Shown here piece by piece: positions 20,818 through 34,595 of a stretch of DNA of 61,140 bases (within the stretch, counting starts at the first letter, position 1; every line of letters starts with the position of its first letter). Source of the DNA: Macrostomum lignano (taxonomy: Eukaryota); assembly GCA_002269645.1 (NCBI GenBank), contig NIVC01004085.1:1-61140 (forward strand), read 5' to 3'. The notes under the pieces are model-generated. The model saw only the letters and a program-made list of their open reading frames with translations, was not told the origin of the DNA and ran no database searches. The position numbers were made by a program, and so were the translations under genes.

Positions 20818-21400
20818 CAGGGGTCGAAAAACTCCGGCCCGCGAAGCCTCTCTATCCGGCCACCGGGTCCTTTGAAACTGCACAATAGCAATCCGGGCCG
20901 CTCACGGCTTGTGTCTCTTGTCAGCTCTCCTCTCCTCTCCCTCCTCTTCTCCCCTCCCCTCGTCTTCTCTTTTCTTTCCTCTCCTCTCTCCCCCTCCTCT
21001 CTTCCTTTCCTCTCATCTCTCTCCTTCATCTTCTCTCTCCTGTTCTCTGTCTCTCCCCTCCTCTCTTCTCTCTCGTCCCTCTCTACCTCTCTCTTCTCTC
21101 TCCTCTTTTCTCCCCCCTCCTATTCTTCTCTCTCCTCTCCTCTCCCCTCCCCCTCTTTTCTCTCCTCTCCTCTCCCTCCCTCCCCCTCCTCATCTCTCTC
21201 CTCTCCTCTCCCTTCCCTCTCCTCTCCCTTCCCTCTCCTCTTCTCTCTCATTTTCTCTCTTCTCTCTTCCCCTCTTCTCTTTTCTCTCCCCTCCTCTCTT
21301 CTCTCCTCTCTACTCTCCTTTTATCACTTTAATCTTCTTATCTACTTTCTTGCCTCTCCCATTTTCTTTATGCCCTATCTTTTCCTCGCATCTGGCCCGC
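20818..21400 (+). mobile_element. hAT-like MITE 5' end followed by a CT-rich internal tract
   Basis: CAGGGGTCGAAAAACTCCGGCCCGCGAAGCCTCTCTATCCGGCC...CCTTTGAAACT.CACAATAG is shared with 58763 and resembles hAT TIR/subterminal motifs. No right TIR found. Confidence 0.5.
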
Positions 21401-21884
21401 AATCATGAGCTGTATTACTTATCCATGTGGCTATTAAAATAAAAATATTCAACTTCGATATATGTATCTCTTTAAATAATGGCGCACCTTATGTTACCTT
21501 CTAACGTCAAATAATCATTACGGCTATTTTGTGTAACAAACTATAGATTTCTGGTCTTAGGCCGATATTTGTCTGAAAGGTTACATGCAGTAGTTGGCCA
21601 TAGCTAAATAATGCTGATAAATGATGTTGGGAGATTAATCCCGAATTCATGGCTACACAGCCTCGCCCTAGCGCGATCCAAACGATCCGAGTGGTATTAA
21701 GGGTATATGGTTATATATGCCCTTAAATTAATGGCACTTGATATATCATAATGGGAAGAATTGATGGCCGCATGAGCAGCTCAATTCTGTAATGTAGCTT
21801 ACATTTGGAGAGAAATACTGCATTTATAGAGAGCCAGCCAAGGTCTGCTTTGAGTGTAATTTTATTTTCATGATCAAATTGTGC

Positions 21885-22505
21885 CTGCATTTTGGCGCCG
21901 CAGGCACTCATTTTGGCGCGACAGCAGGCACTCATTTTGGCGCCACAGCAAGCACTCATTTTGGCGCCACAGCAGGCACTCATTTTGGCGCCACACAGCA
22001 GGCACTCATTTTGGCGCCACAGCAAGCACTCATTTTGGCGCCACACATCAGGCACTCATTTTGGCGCCACAGCAAGCACTCATTGTCGCCACAGCAGGCA
22101 CTCATTTTGGCGCCGCAGACACTCATTTTGCATGACACCGCGGGCACTCATTTTGGCGCCACGGGCACTCATTTTAGCGCCGCTGGAGCTCATTTTGGCG
22201 CAGCAGGCACTCATTTTAGCGCCACAGGCACTTATTATAGCGCCGCAGGCACTCATTTTGGCGCCACAGGCACTTATTTTAGCGCCGCAGGCACTCATTT
22301 TAGCGCCGCTGGAACTCATTTTAGCGCCGCTGGAACTCATTTTAGCGCCGCAGGCACTCATTTTAGCGCCATAGCAGGCACTCATTTTGGCGCCACAGTA
22401 AGCACTCATTTTGGCGCCGCAGACACTCATTTTGGCGCCGCAGACACTCATTATAGCGCCGCAGGCACCTATTTTAGCGTAGCGCCGCAGGCACTATTTT
22501 GTCGC
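21885..22505. repeat. 21-24-bp minisatellite (GGCACTCATTTTGGCGCCGCA)
   Basis: Visible tandem array. Confidence 0.93.
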
Positions 22506-22964
22506 CATGAAGCAAAATTATTGATTTTCATAACGGGTCACAAGGTGGGGTGGGTGGGACAAAGCATGTCCCCATAGCTTTTACTGAGGGACATGTCCTC
22601 CTTCCAAGCCCAATTCATCACTTCATTACTTCATCACTTATACATGTAACAGCTCTACTCGTACAAGTATGTAATTATAATACTGGTATCTAGCAATATA
22701 CTCGTATATTGATATACATACAAGCCTCTACAACGGGAACTCCTCAAACTGAAAGTGAGACAGCATATTGATTTCTTGAAGTTTTTAGTAGACTCCGCTC
22801 AGCTATCGGACATAATTGCCTATATGTTCTTAAAACATCCCTGCATTTTGCTTTGTACAAGACTGTCAATATTTTGCCGTCAATCTTTCCTGTAAATTTG
22901 TAGTCTCCCAGTATCATGATACTCTGCTTGCTCTGCAGTGCGCTTGTTAGCAATCTTTACCCTC

Positions 22965-23145
22965 AATATCTGACCCTCTTTACCGCCTTATTTCTCTTTC
23001 TACCTTATAAGCTTCCTTTTCCCCCTTCTTTCCCTCTTTACCCTCCTTCTTTCCCTCTTTACCCTCCATGCCTCCCTCTTTACCCTCCTTTCATTCTTTA
23101 CCTTCTTTCTTTCCCTCTTTACCCTCCTTGCGCTTTTTTTCCAAG
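22965..23145. repeat. 21-bp repeat (CTCTTTACCCTCC core), short block
   Basis: Same unit family as 24120-24525. Confidence 0.8.
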
Positions 23146-24119
23146 TACTATATCCCTCAGCCTACTCGGGTCTATCAGAAAAACAGAGTTTTCAATCTTA
23201 CCCTTATATTAACAAGCTACCTTATTATAAAACCATGCATATTTTATAATTGAATTCAAAGAAATAGTTAGATTTTAAAATGTTCGACGAAATCTGTTCA
23301 CCAGATGGTGCTTTTCGCTTTTTACGTATAAGAAGCAATATAATTCATATTGTAGTAATTATTATATATATGTTGATATATTACAGTTCGAGGAAGGTAA
23401 AGTACATTAAGCGATAATTACAAGAACTGGGCTTACAAAAAAGTTACATTATTACTCGTACATGTTTAGGCTTTCATACAAGCTATAATTATGTTAGACT
23501 AAGAAGATTAAGATATGTTACAACTTGAATACTTAAAAATTATGCTGTAGCAAATGTATCGGGATCTTGAATAGGAAAGTTTAAATGAACTTTAATTTTT
23601 ATGCCTTTTGCACCTCGACAATCTCGTATGAAGCCATTTTGTGACAAGACAACAGTGAAAGCGAAATCTTTGTTGGCGCCATAAATCAATAATCAATTTA
23701 CAACGATCGTTTTAGAGCTCAATAAAAATATGTCAAAGCTTAAAGCGTTGAAAAAAAATATTGCAAGAAAAATCACAGTTTAAATTATCCCGTCTCGATG
23801 TCAGGAACATGCTGTTTAAACAGAAATGTGGAACGTTTCTTTGTTGAACTTTTGAAACTTCTTTTAGACCAGTTTGATCTAAGGTGGTTAATACATAGCT
23901 CGTACGGATACATGTAGTTCAAATGCCAAGTAATTACAAGCCGACTGTGCTCTCTGATTTTAGTTGAATTTCTCGAATTATTGATTTTCATTTCTGCAAC
24001 ATTTGCTGATTTTTAATGGAATCTCCCTCTTGATTGGTTTTATATAGTCTATGGCCGAGAGCAGTTCAGTGTCAGTGGGGATTCCACAGAATGGAGAGTG
24101 AGGATTCTTCATTTGATCG

Positions 24120-24525
24120 GCTTCACCTTCCATGCCTCCATCTTTACCCTCCTTCTCTCCTTCTTTACCCTCCATGCCTCCCTTTTTACCCTTTATGCAT
24201 CTCTTTTTACCTTAATTCTTTCCCGCTTCGCCCTCCATGCCTTCCTCTTTACCCTCCATGCCTTCCTCTTTACCCTCCATGCCTCCCTCTTTACCCTCCA
24301 CGCCTCCCTCTTTACCCTCCACGCCTTCCTCTTTACCCTCCATGCCTTCCTCTTTACCCTCCATGCCTTCCTCTTTACCCTCCATGCCTCCCTGTTTACC
24401 CTCCACGCCTCCCTCTTTATCCTCCATGCTTTTCTCTTTACCCTCCATGCCTCCCTCTTTACCCTCCACGCCTCCCTCTTTACCCTCCATGCCTTTCTCT
24501 TTACCCTCCTCTCTCTCTTTCCCCT
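24120..24525. repeat. 21-bp minisatellite (CCTCTTTACCCTCCATGCCTC)
   Basis: Visible tandem array; it explains the six-frame repetitive ORFs. Confidence 0.93.
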
Positions 24526-24708
24526 CCAAAGCAAGAGATACAGAATTTCTCAATTCATCAGGGTTTTGATCATAGACTCATACTCAGTCAAGAGCCTAGA
24601 GATCTCGGGCGTAAGGGGTCAACTGAAATTTTGGCTTTTTAGGGACAAGTTCTTTTAGGGAACTGATTGATACAGTCAGCGGTATAATATATCGCCATTA
24701 ACCTTTTA

Positions 24709-25323
24709 TTACACAAAGCTTGTCTCAAAATAGGTACTTTTCAAGGACTTCTTTGGACTGTAGAGTTGATCAGAATTGTTCACAACGGTGCCACCCTGTT
24801 GAAGTCTTTGGTAGTTCAGCTGTCCGGGATGCTGCTGCTGCTGCTGTAGCATCGGTGGAGCCTGCTGCAGATTCTGCCGGTTCCTGAGCTCAGCAAACGG
24901 ATCGATAGTCTGGTATCCGCATCCGCCGCTGTTGCTGTTGCTGTTGCTGTTGTCCAGACAGCAATCCAGCTCGTCGCAGCTGTTCGCTCGCTGCGCGATG
25001 GTCATCTTCCTGGGGCCCAGGCCGGCACTGCCAGGAGGCTGCTGCTGCTGTTGCTGCTGGCGTTGCAGAGTCAGCGACGGTCTCGACGTCAGGGTGCCGC
25101 CAGTCAGCTGGTCGGCGTTGCACCACACTTCGTAGCGCCGATGCCTGGAGGAGTTCAGCGTTCGATCAGTCGCGGCGGCGGTGGTGGTTTCAATGCCGTC
25201 TGGGTCGTCTTCAGATGAGCCGGCTGTGCAGCAGCGCTGCGGATCTCGACGGTGACTGTTGGAGTACAGCAGCTCCTGCTTGTGGGGTGGTTTGGGGCGG
25301 TTTTGGGTGGCTGCCAAAATACT
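24709..25323 (-). CDS. Probable terminal cytoplasmic exon of the protocadherin (ends STYFETSFV*)
   Basis: GC-rich 202-aa open frame with poly-Q, acceptor acactcag|AGT, same strand as and downstream of the cadherin exon, and a C-terminal class I PDZ-type motif S-F-V. Linkage to the cadherin is inferred. Confidence 0.6.
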   Translation of the reverse strand, partial: SILAATQNRPKPPHKQELLYSNSHRRDPQRCCTAGSSEDDPDGIETTTAAATDRTLNSSRHRRYEVWCNADQLTGGTLTSRPSLTLQRQQQQQQQPPGSAGLGPRKMTIAQRANSCDELDCCLDNSNSNSNSGGCGYQTIDPFAELRNRQNLQQAPPMLQQQQQHPGQLNYQRLQQGGTVVNNSDQLYSPKKSLKSTYFETSFV

Positions 25324-25351
25324 CTGAGTGTCAGAACATGCTCCCAGATCC

Positions 25352-25815
25352 CTGATGTCACTCCTATATTCCCAATGTCACTTCTAGATTCCCAATGTCA
25401 CTCCTAGATTCCCAATGTCACTCCTAGATTCCCAATGTCACTCCTAGATTCCCAATGTCACTCCTAGATTCCCAATGTCACTCCTAGATTCCCAATGTCA
25501 CTCCTAGATTCCCAATGTCACTCCTAGATTCCCAATGTCACTCTTAGATTGCCAATGTCGCTTTTAGATTCCAATGTCACTCCTAGATTCCCAATGTCAC
25601 TCTTAGATTGCCAATGTCGCTCTTAGATTCCAAATGTCACTCTTAGATTCCAAATGTCACTCTTAGATTTCCAATGTCACTCCTAGATTCCAAAATTTCA
25701 CTCCTAGATTTCAAATGTCACTCCTAGATTTCAAATGTCACTCCTAGATTTCAAATGTCACTCCTAGATTCCAAAATTTCACTTTTAGATCCTCAATCTC
25801 ACTTCTAAATCCTCT
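25352..25815. repeat. 20-bp minisatellite (CACTCCTAGATTCCCAATGT)
   Basis: Visible tandem array. Confidence 0.93.
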
Positions 25816-26429
25816 GTCTCTCGTCCCAGATTCCTAATCGATCTCTACAAAACGAGTTGAATCCTTTTGAACCTCAAGCGTTGGCCTAAGAATTAAAGAA
25901 GCAATATTCCACCGGGCAATGGTAAACGGAGAGAAAAAGGTGAGTTATAAAATGCGAATCAAATTGTAGCAAATTCAACTTTCTTTTTCTCTACTTCTCT
26001 TTCTTTCCTTCTCTGCTGCTTAATTCGCAAAAGAAGAAATCAAGCTGATGCAGAAGAAGAAATATGGCAAAAGGGGCTTTAATTCCTTAATACAGCGCCG
26101 ACAGAAGAAGGAGTTGCAGAAGAGAAAAGCAATTGCTGACGGCTTCGGATTTCCTTTTATTGTAGCAGGCAGCGGACTCTGCGTGTGCGCCGGTCCCTCT
26201 GTGATCCGCTTTCGCCAAATTAATTAGAAGAGATTGAGTGCCGACTCAGCTCTATGCTACTGAGTCACTTCTGTCTAGCTCGGCTTCCCTTTGCCGTTCG
26301 TCATTTTATCATTTACTGCAGTTTTTATTACTTTATTATTATAATTCTGATTGCGACGCAAGTTGCGTTGGGAATTGCCTACTCCGACTGGTCACTGCCT
26401 GCTTTGCCTACTCAGCTGGGTGTCTGCCA

Positions 26430-26990
<561 letters not shown>

Positions 26991-27078
26991 CCCTCAGTTG
27001 TCCCGCACTCATCTGTTACTCAGCACGGATCCGCTCTGCAATCTGTACGAAAGCAGTTCGCATGGCATCCTCTGTTAC

Positions 27079-27243
27079 TTGAGCCCTAAGATTTTTTACA
27101 ACTTCTAAACGATACGATGAAAAGTTCATCGGGAGACTGCTATCGTAACAGGTACGGGCCGCTGCGGCAGCAAACCCGTGGATTTGCGGGTGGGGGGGCG
27201 GCTGCAGGTCCAGTAGCCCAGCTGTGCCACTGCTTGGCACGCA
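27079..27243 (-). CDS. Candidate protocadherin cytoplasmic exon (CVPSSG...NLRAQ), phase 0-0
   Basis: Strong acceptor ttccctgcctgcag|TGC, donor CAA|gtaaca, open frame. Confidence 0.4.
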
Positions 27244-27518
27244 CTGCAGGCAGGGAAGGCAACGGACACAGAGACAGTTACGGCGCCTGCAAGTCTGCTT
27301 GTTTACTGCCTGATGCTCTTATGTAGATCTTGCTCTGATCAGATTTTGATGCGGCTGATAGCGACTCTTATATTGTATGCATGCCAGCCTTTGCGTTTTC
27401 CTAAGCCACAGTTTTGCCCTGTAAGAGTTGAGATTGCATTGATGAAATCAAGGTGATTTACAATTGACAATCTGAAATGTGTGAGTTTTCTGTGTTTCAT
27501 TAGATATATGAATCTCGT

Positions 27519-28046
<528 letters not shown>

Positions 28047-28749
28047 CCGCCCTGGAGAGGCGGTCTCACTGGCGTCGTTCTGTCGCTGAGAAGCCTCAGA
28101 CCCCAGCCCGCCTCAACAGAACAGAACTCTCCCCTGCCAATGCCAATTCCTTCCCCCTGTCAGCTACTCCAAACTGTCGGCAGGTGGCGCCCACGAGAGG
28201 CTCAGAGCCATTCGCTACTGATACCAATGATGCTGGAGGCTGGCAGCGGCTAACACAGTCTCATAGTCTTGCATGCAGCTGGACGACAGTGGGTGATCAA
28301 TCAATGGACTCAAAAATGGCCGACTTATTACAGCAACCCATCCCTAATCTGCATGCCAAATTGAGCCATCAGCCCTGTGTCCTTTGCGAGCTTCCTTTCT
28401 TTGACTTTGACTGGTCTCCCTCTCTCTCTCTCTGATCTTTTCCGCTCATTAAGCAACCGCTCAGGTAATGGTAAACAGCCTTTGTAGAGCGGCCTTCAGT
28501 TGCATGCATTTACCTGTATACAGGGGAAATCTTGATTAGCGGCGGAAATACTGCTGAAATTTTATCATTGTTAATATTTCATAACTGCTATTGGGAATGA
28601 AAACATGGTTGAGTCTACTGTAAAATTAGTAATAATTTACCTAAAATAAAGCACAGCCTGTCTTCTTGCACTGTCCGCCCAACAGTCTCTGTCTTTACTT
28701 CCTTTTACCCCCTCGATGACTATTTGCTTGTACGAGCACTCTCGATATA

Positions 28750-29265
28750 ATCTCACACTCCCCCTTCTCTCCTCTCCCCCCTCTCCTCCCGTCCCATTTA
28801 ATGTGTCCCCTCTCTCCTCCCGTCTTATTTAATGTCTCCCCTCTCTCCTCCCGTCTTATTTAATGTCTCCCCTCTCTCCTCCCGTCTTATTTAATGTCTC
28901 CCCTCTCTCCTCCCGTCCCATCCAATGTCTCCCTCTCTCCTCCCATCTCACTCAATGTCTCCCTCTCTCCTCCCGTCTCATTCAATGTCTCCCCTCTCTT
29001 CTCAGTCTCTCCCCTCTTGCTTCTCTCACTCTCTCCCCTCTCTCCTCCCGTCTTATTTAATGTCTCCCATCTCTCCTTTCTCGCCTCTCCTTTCTCTTCT
29101 CTCTCCTCTCTCCCTTCTCTCCTTTCTCACTCTCTCTCCCCTCTCCCCTCTCCCTCTCCCCTCTCTCACTCTCTCCCCTGTCTCCTCTCTCGCCTCTCCT
29201 TTCTCTTCTCTCTCCTCTCTCCATTCTCTCCTTTCTCACTCTCTTCCTCCTTCTACTCTATTAGA
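28750..29265. repeat. ~31-bp CT-rich repeat (CTCTCCTCCCGTCTTATTTAATGTCTCCCCT) decaying into a CT tract
   Basis: Directly visible. Confidence 0.85.
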
Positions 29266-29709
29266 CAAGTAGACAGTCTAAAATTTATCTAGCAAAGCAT
29301 GTAAATAATCTATGCATAGGATATTTTGTATATCAGTCTGCTTCATATATACGAGTATTTCAGTAAATTTGCATCATTCCAACCCCAGCCCTTGTCTTTG
29401 ACATTCACCGCCACTTCAGTATCCTCAACAGCCTCTCTGCATCCGATGCAGCGGCACGGGTTCCTCTGCTTTTTTGTCTTTCATTCCTTCCTTTGAGAAT
29501 TCAGAAAGCAATCGTATGTCATAAAACAGAAGCATTGCTGTTTTCCTAGAGACAATGGAAGGCACTTTAGCTAGTGACAATAAAACACTGCTTGAGGCGG
29601 CACATCTCATCTGGGACCTGTGGAAGCATTTACTGTGTTTACTGCGCTCTGCACAGCTCTACCAGTGTCGAAATTTTAAATTACATGTGCGAGATTAAAA
29701 GTGCAAACT

Positions 29710-30545
29710 CCCTGTCTCTCTGTGTCTACTGTGTCTCCCTTCTCTCTACTGTGTCTCCCTTCTCTCTCTACTGTGTCTCCCTTCTCTCTACTGTGTCTCC
29801 CTTCTCTCTCTACTGTGTCTCCCTTCTCTCTACTGTGTCTCCCTTCTCTCTCTACTGTGTCTCCCTTCTCTCTCTACTGTGTCTCCCTTCTCTCTCTACG
29901 GTGTGTCCCTTCTCTCTACAGTGTTTCCCTTCTCTCTCTACTGTGTCTCCCTTCTCTCTCTACTGTGTCTCCCTTCTCTCTCTACGGTGTGTCCCTTTTC
30001 TCTACTGTGTCTCCCTTCTCTCTACTGTGTCTCTTTTCTCTCTCTACTGTGTCTCCCTTCTCTCTACTGTGTCTCCCTTCTCTCTCTACTGTGTCTCCCT
30101 TCTCTCTCTACAGTGTCTCCCTTCTCTCTACTGTGTCTCCCTTCTCTCTACTGTGTCTCCCTTCTCTCTACTGTGTCTCCCTTCTCTCTCTACTGTGTCT
30201 CCCTTCTCTCTCTACAGTGTCTCCCTTCTCTCTACTGTGTCTCCCTTCTCTCTACTGTGTCTCCCTTCTCTCTACTGTGTCTCCCTTCTCTCTCTACTGT
30301 GTCTCCCTTCTCTCTCTACTGTGTCTCCCTTCTCTCTACTGTGTCTCCCTTCTCTCTACAGTGTCTCCCTTCTCTCTACAGTGTCTCCCTTTTCTCTCTT
30401 CTGTGTCTCCCTTCTCTCTACTGTGTCTCCCTTCTCTCTACTGTGTCTCCCTTCTCTCTCTACTGTGTCTCCCTTCTCTCTCTACGGTGTGTCTCTTCTC
30501 TCTACAGTGTCTCCCTTCTCTCTCTACTGTCTCTTGTCTCTCTCT
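29710..30545. repeat. 19-23-bp minisatellite (CTACTGTGTCTCCCTTCTCT[CT]n)
   Basis: Visible array with a variable (CT)n length per unit. Confidence 0.95.
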
Positions 30546-31049
30546 ACTCGACAAATTTGGAAACAAAAGAAACAACATGAAAATTGAGATATCTTCGCAG
30601 CAAGGTCACTCTCAAGCAGGTGCAGCTCATAAGACACCCAAAGAACCCAGAAACGCCAGCCCTTGTATTCTAATTAACTAAACAAAGCACACAATATTTT
30701 GGCATATTGAATTTCTGAACTTCATTACTAATTCAAAATTCAAGGCACCTAAGGGTGAAACAAGATACGCTCGATTTTATGTATCAACTGCAATAAATTA
30801 AATCACAATACATGACTAAACCACTTGACTTTTAAAATGAAATTCGAATCAGTGTACTACACTCGTAAAATACCGGCGTGCTGAAATGCCCTGGACGCCG
30901 AGGCACTGGTCTCATTTTGTAACTAAACATTTCCTTATTTATTGAGATTTTATTTAAAGCTTTGAAATGAGTCACGATTTGTTTAAGTTGGATTTTTTAT
31001 GTTTCAACTTCAATTTCAAGCTGAAAAACGAGCTAGTCAATGCTATCAA

Positions 31050-31265
31050 TCTCCCACCCTCTCCCACCCTCTCTCATTCTCTCCTTCCTCTCTCCTCTCC
31101 CAACCTCTCTCCTTCTCTACCATCCTCTCTCCTTCTCTCCCATCCTCTCTCATTCTCTCCCATCTTTTCTCCTTCTCTTTCATCTTCTCTCCCTCTCTCT
31201 CCTCTTTTTCCATCTCTCCATTCCTCTACCTCTCTCCCCCTCTCCTTATTTCGAACTCTCTTCCC
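31050..31265. repeat. CT-rich low-complexity tract
   Basis: Base composition. Confidence 0.85.
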
Positions 31266-31637
31266 CCTGAAGATAAAATTCTTCTCAAATCCCCATCTAT
31301 GTGGGATGCAGTCCAGATACCCGATGGGCAGCTCAAACATGATCAAATGTCGATTTTCACCAACAAAAAACAAACCCAGATGCCAAGCAGTCGAATACTA
31401 GTTCAAGCGGTTGCTCTCTTCATCCACAGCAGCAAAGCAATCTGCCACTGATTATACAAGCAGCCGCATGTGCTCACATGTCTGGTATAGATGATGCTTA
31501 CATAGTGTCATTCTTGCTATACTACAAACCGACACCCACCACCACTCACCAGCGCTGAAACTAAGCAATCCTTGTTATTCCGGTGTTTACTCAAGAAGCG
31601 CAATCGCAGTATGTCAGTATATAATGTTGATTCTTAC

Positions 31638-31895
31638 ATGCTCCGGACTATATGAGATCAATCTGCGTTCTACCTCTGCTTCTACCAAATCTCGCGTTTG
31701 TTTGTCTTGGATCCCTTGGCGGCCTGTAGCGGACCCTATCAACTGAGGCGAGGGGGGGGGGGTGTGCAGTGCTAAAACCCAAGCTTGTGCATTTCCTAAC
31801 TTCTTGTGAGAGAAGGGTTGATCACCAGGTTGTGGATGGATGACCGTGTCCCCGGCTTCTCCAATTTCCGTCAGTAAATCTCCCCGCTCGGATAT
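31638..31895 (-). CDS. Weak candidate protocadherin cytoplasmic exon (ISERGD...SPEH), phase 0-0
   Basis: Open frame with a good donor CAT|gtaaga; the acceptor (gacagag|) is weak and preceded by a purine-rich tract. Confidence 0.25.
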
Positions 31896-31904
31896 CTCTG
31901 TCAA

Positions 31905-32742
31905 GAGTGTCTCCTCTCCTCTTTCTCCCCTGTCTCCTCTCCCCTCTCTCCCCTGTCTCCTCTCCCTTCTCTCCCGTCTCCTCTCCCCTCTCTCCCCTGT
32001 CTCATCTCCCCTGTCTCCTCTCCCCTGTCTCCTCTCCCCTGTCTTCTCTCCCCTGTCTCCCCTGTCTTATCTCCCCTGTCTCATCTCCCCTGTCTCATCT
32101 CCCCTGTCTCATCTCCCCTGTCTCCTCTCCCCTGTCTCCTCTCCCTTGTCTCCTCTCCCCTGTCTCCTCTCCCATGTCTCCTCTCCCCTGTCTCATCTCC
32201 CCTGTCTCCTCTCCCCTGTCTCCTCTCCCTTGTCTCCTCTCCCCTGTCTCATCTCCCCTGTCTCCTCTCCCCTCTCTCCCCTGTCTCATCTCCCCTGTCT
32301 CATCTCCCCTGTCTCATCTCCCCTGTCTCCTGTCCCCTGTCTCCTCTCCCCTGTCTCCTCTCCCTTGTCTCCTCTCCCCTGTCTCCTCTCCCATGTCTCC
32401 TCTCCCCTGTCTCATCTCCCCTGTCTCCTCTCCCCTGTCTCCTCTCCCTTGTCTCCTCTCCCCTGTCTCATCTCCCCTGTCTCCTCTCCCCTCTCTCCCC
32501 TGTCTCATCTCCCCTGTCTCATCTCCCCTGTCTCATCTCCCCTGTCTCCTGTCCCCTGTCTCCTCTCCCCTGTCTCCTCTCCCTTGTCTCCTCTCCCCTG
32601 TCTCCTCTCCCATGTCTCCTCTCCCCTGTCTCATCTCCCCTGTCTCCTCTCCCCTGTCTCCTCTCCCTTGTCTCCTCTCCCCTGTCTCATCTCCCCTGTC
32701 TCCTCTCCCCTCTCTCCCCTGTCTCATCTCCCCTGTCTCCCC
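31905..32742. repeat. ~14-bp CT-rich minisatellite (CTCCCCTGTCTCCT/AT) with longer-period duplication
   Basis: Visible; near-identical 64-aa minus-strand ORFs recur every 219 bp (32095, 32314, 32533). Confidence 0.93.
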
Positions 32743-32774
32743 TACTACTGTGGCTACTCAGATGGAAAGCTCAC

Positions 32775-32945
32775 CTCAGTCATGAGCGGCATAGCTTCCG
32801 CCAGTGTGCCGCCACCTCCTGGATGATGCTTTCCAACAGTTCCAGACGAATTTGGTACCGCAGTTGCCGACTGACCTTGAAGCGGCATCGTGACCGCTTC
32901 GGCTTCGAACTCTGTGCGGAAATTTGGGAACAGGTCTTCTTTGCA
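32775..32945 (-). CDS. Candidate protocadherin cytoplasmic exon (CKEDLF...PLMTE), phase 0-0
   Basis: gcagacag|TGC acceptor, GAG|gtgagc donor, GC-rich open frame of 171 nt. Confidence 0.5.
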
Positions 32946-33074
32946 CTGTCTGCTTAGTTTTATGGCTTGTAGGGGCATTACTATAGTAATACGTCACGGG
33001 ATATGATAGCATTTCTGCAGTGACAGCTGGAGTGACTGCTGAGTGTTAGGACTGTTATGGTTGCTACGAGTGAT

Positions 33075-33990
33075 TGTTATGACTGTTTGTGATTGTTATG
33101 ACTGTTTGTGATAGTTATCACTGTTTGTGATTGTTATGACTGTTTGTGATTGTAATGACTGTGATAGTAATGACTGTTTGTGATTGCAATGACTGTTTGT
33201 GATTGTAATGACTGTTTGTGATTGTAATGACTGTTTGAGATTGTAATGACTGTTTGAGATTGTAATGACTGTTTGTGATTGTAATGACTGTTTGTGATTG
33301 TAATGACTGTTTGTGATTGTAATGACTGTTTGTGATTGTAATGACTGTTTGTGATTGTAATGACTGTTTGTGATTGTAATGACTGTTTGAGATTGTAATG
33401 ACTGTTTGTGATTGTAATGACTGTTTGTGATTGTAATGACTGTTTGTGATTGTAATGACTGTTTGTGATTGTAATGACTGTTTGTGATTGTAATGACTGT
33501 TTGTGATTGTAATGACTGTTTGTGATTGTAATGACTGTTTGTGATTGTAATGACTGTTTGTGATTGTTATGACTGTTTATGGTTGTTATGACTGTTTATG
33601 GTTGTTATGACTGTTTATGACTGCTATGACTGTTTATGATTGTTATGACTGTTTATGACTGCTATGACTGTTTATGGTTGTTATGACTGTTTATGGTTGT
33701 TATGACTGTTTATGGTTGTTATGACTGTTTATGATTGTTATGACTGTTTATGACTGCTATGACTGTTTATGGTTGTTATGACTGTTTATGGTTGTTATGA
33801 CTGTTTATGATTGTTATGACTGTTGATGACTGCTATGACTGTTTGATTGTTTTGAGTATATTTTTGACTGTTATGACTATTATCACAATAGATGACTGTT
33901 GTGATTGGTATGACTGCTTATGATTATTATGAATGTTATTATTGATATTGACTGTTATGATTGCCATGCCCCTTATGGCTGTTTAAGACT
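33075..33990. repeat. 19-bp minisatellite (GTGATTGTAATGACTGTTT) with variant domains
   Basis: Visible tandem array. Confidence 0.95.
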
Positions 33991-34595
33991 GTTATGACTA
34001 TTTATTATGACTTTTTTAAGTTATCTTACTTGAATATTTAAGATTGCAATGAATGTTTATGAATAATAAGTGTAAATAGCTATTATATGCAATATTGGGT
34101 GCTACTTTTATAATCCAAATTATAGCCATCGAAATGTGTAATAGAAATTTAGACTTTTTATCATCGTAGAAATCGGCAATTGCATACGTATTCTCTGACA
34201 TCAGCAGACCTTTAACCTTCTCTTGCGTCCGTTTTGGCACAAAGTCTGCTAGTTTAAAATCCGACTTCCTGTTTGTTTAAACCTAAACTAAAATGCTTTC
34301 AGCACGCGAAGAAGTTTGGACCATCTGCGCATCTGCTGAGGCTCTCTATTTCTGTGTCCCTCTGTTCTTTCGGGCCCGGGTGGTTCGTTACTAGCAATTG
34401 CAGGTTGTCGTCGCCCTTTCTAACTTGTCATCTGCGTTAGTTTGATGCAGCAATTCTTGACCAGTAATAAACTAACTCTATCAAATTGTCAGAATCTGTT
34501 TTGAAACGACTAATTGAAAATGGCAATGCTGCAGTGATGCACAGGTATTTGCCCTTTTACTTGAATCATTTTTGTACTGATGTCCTTAATTTGAT

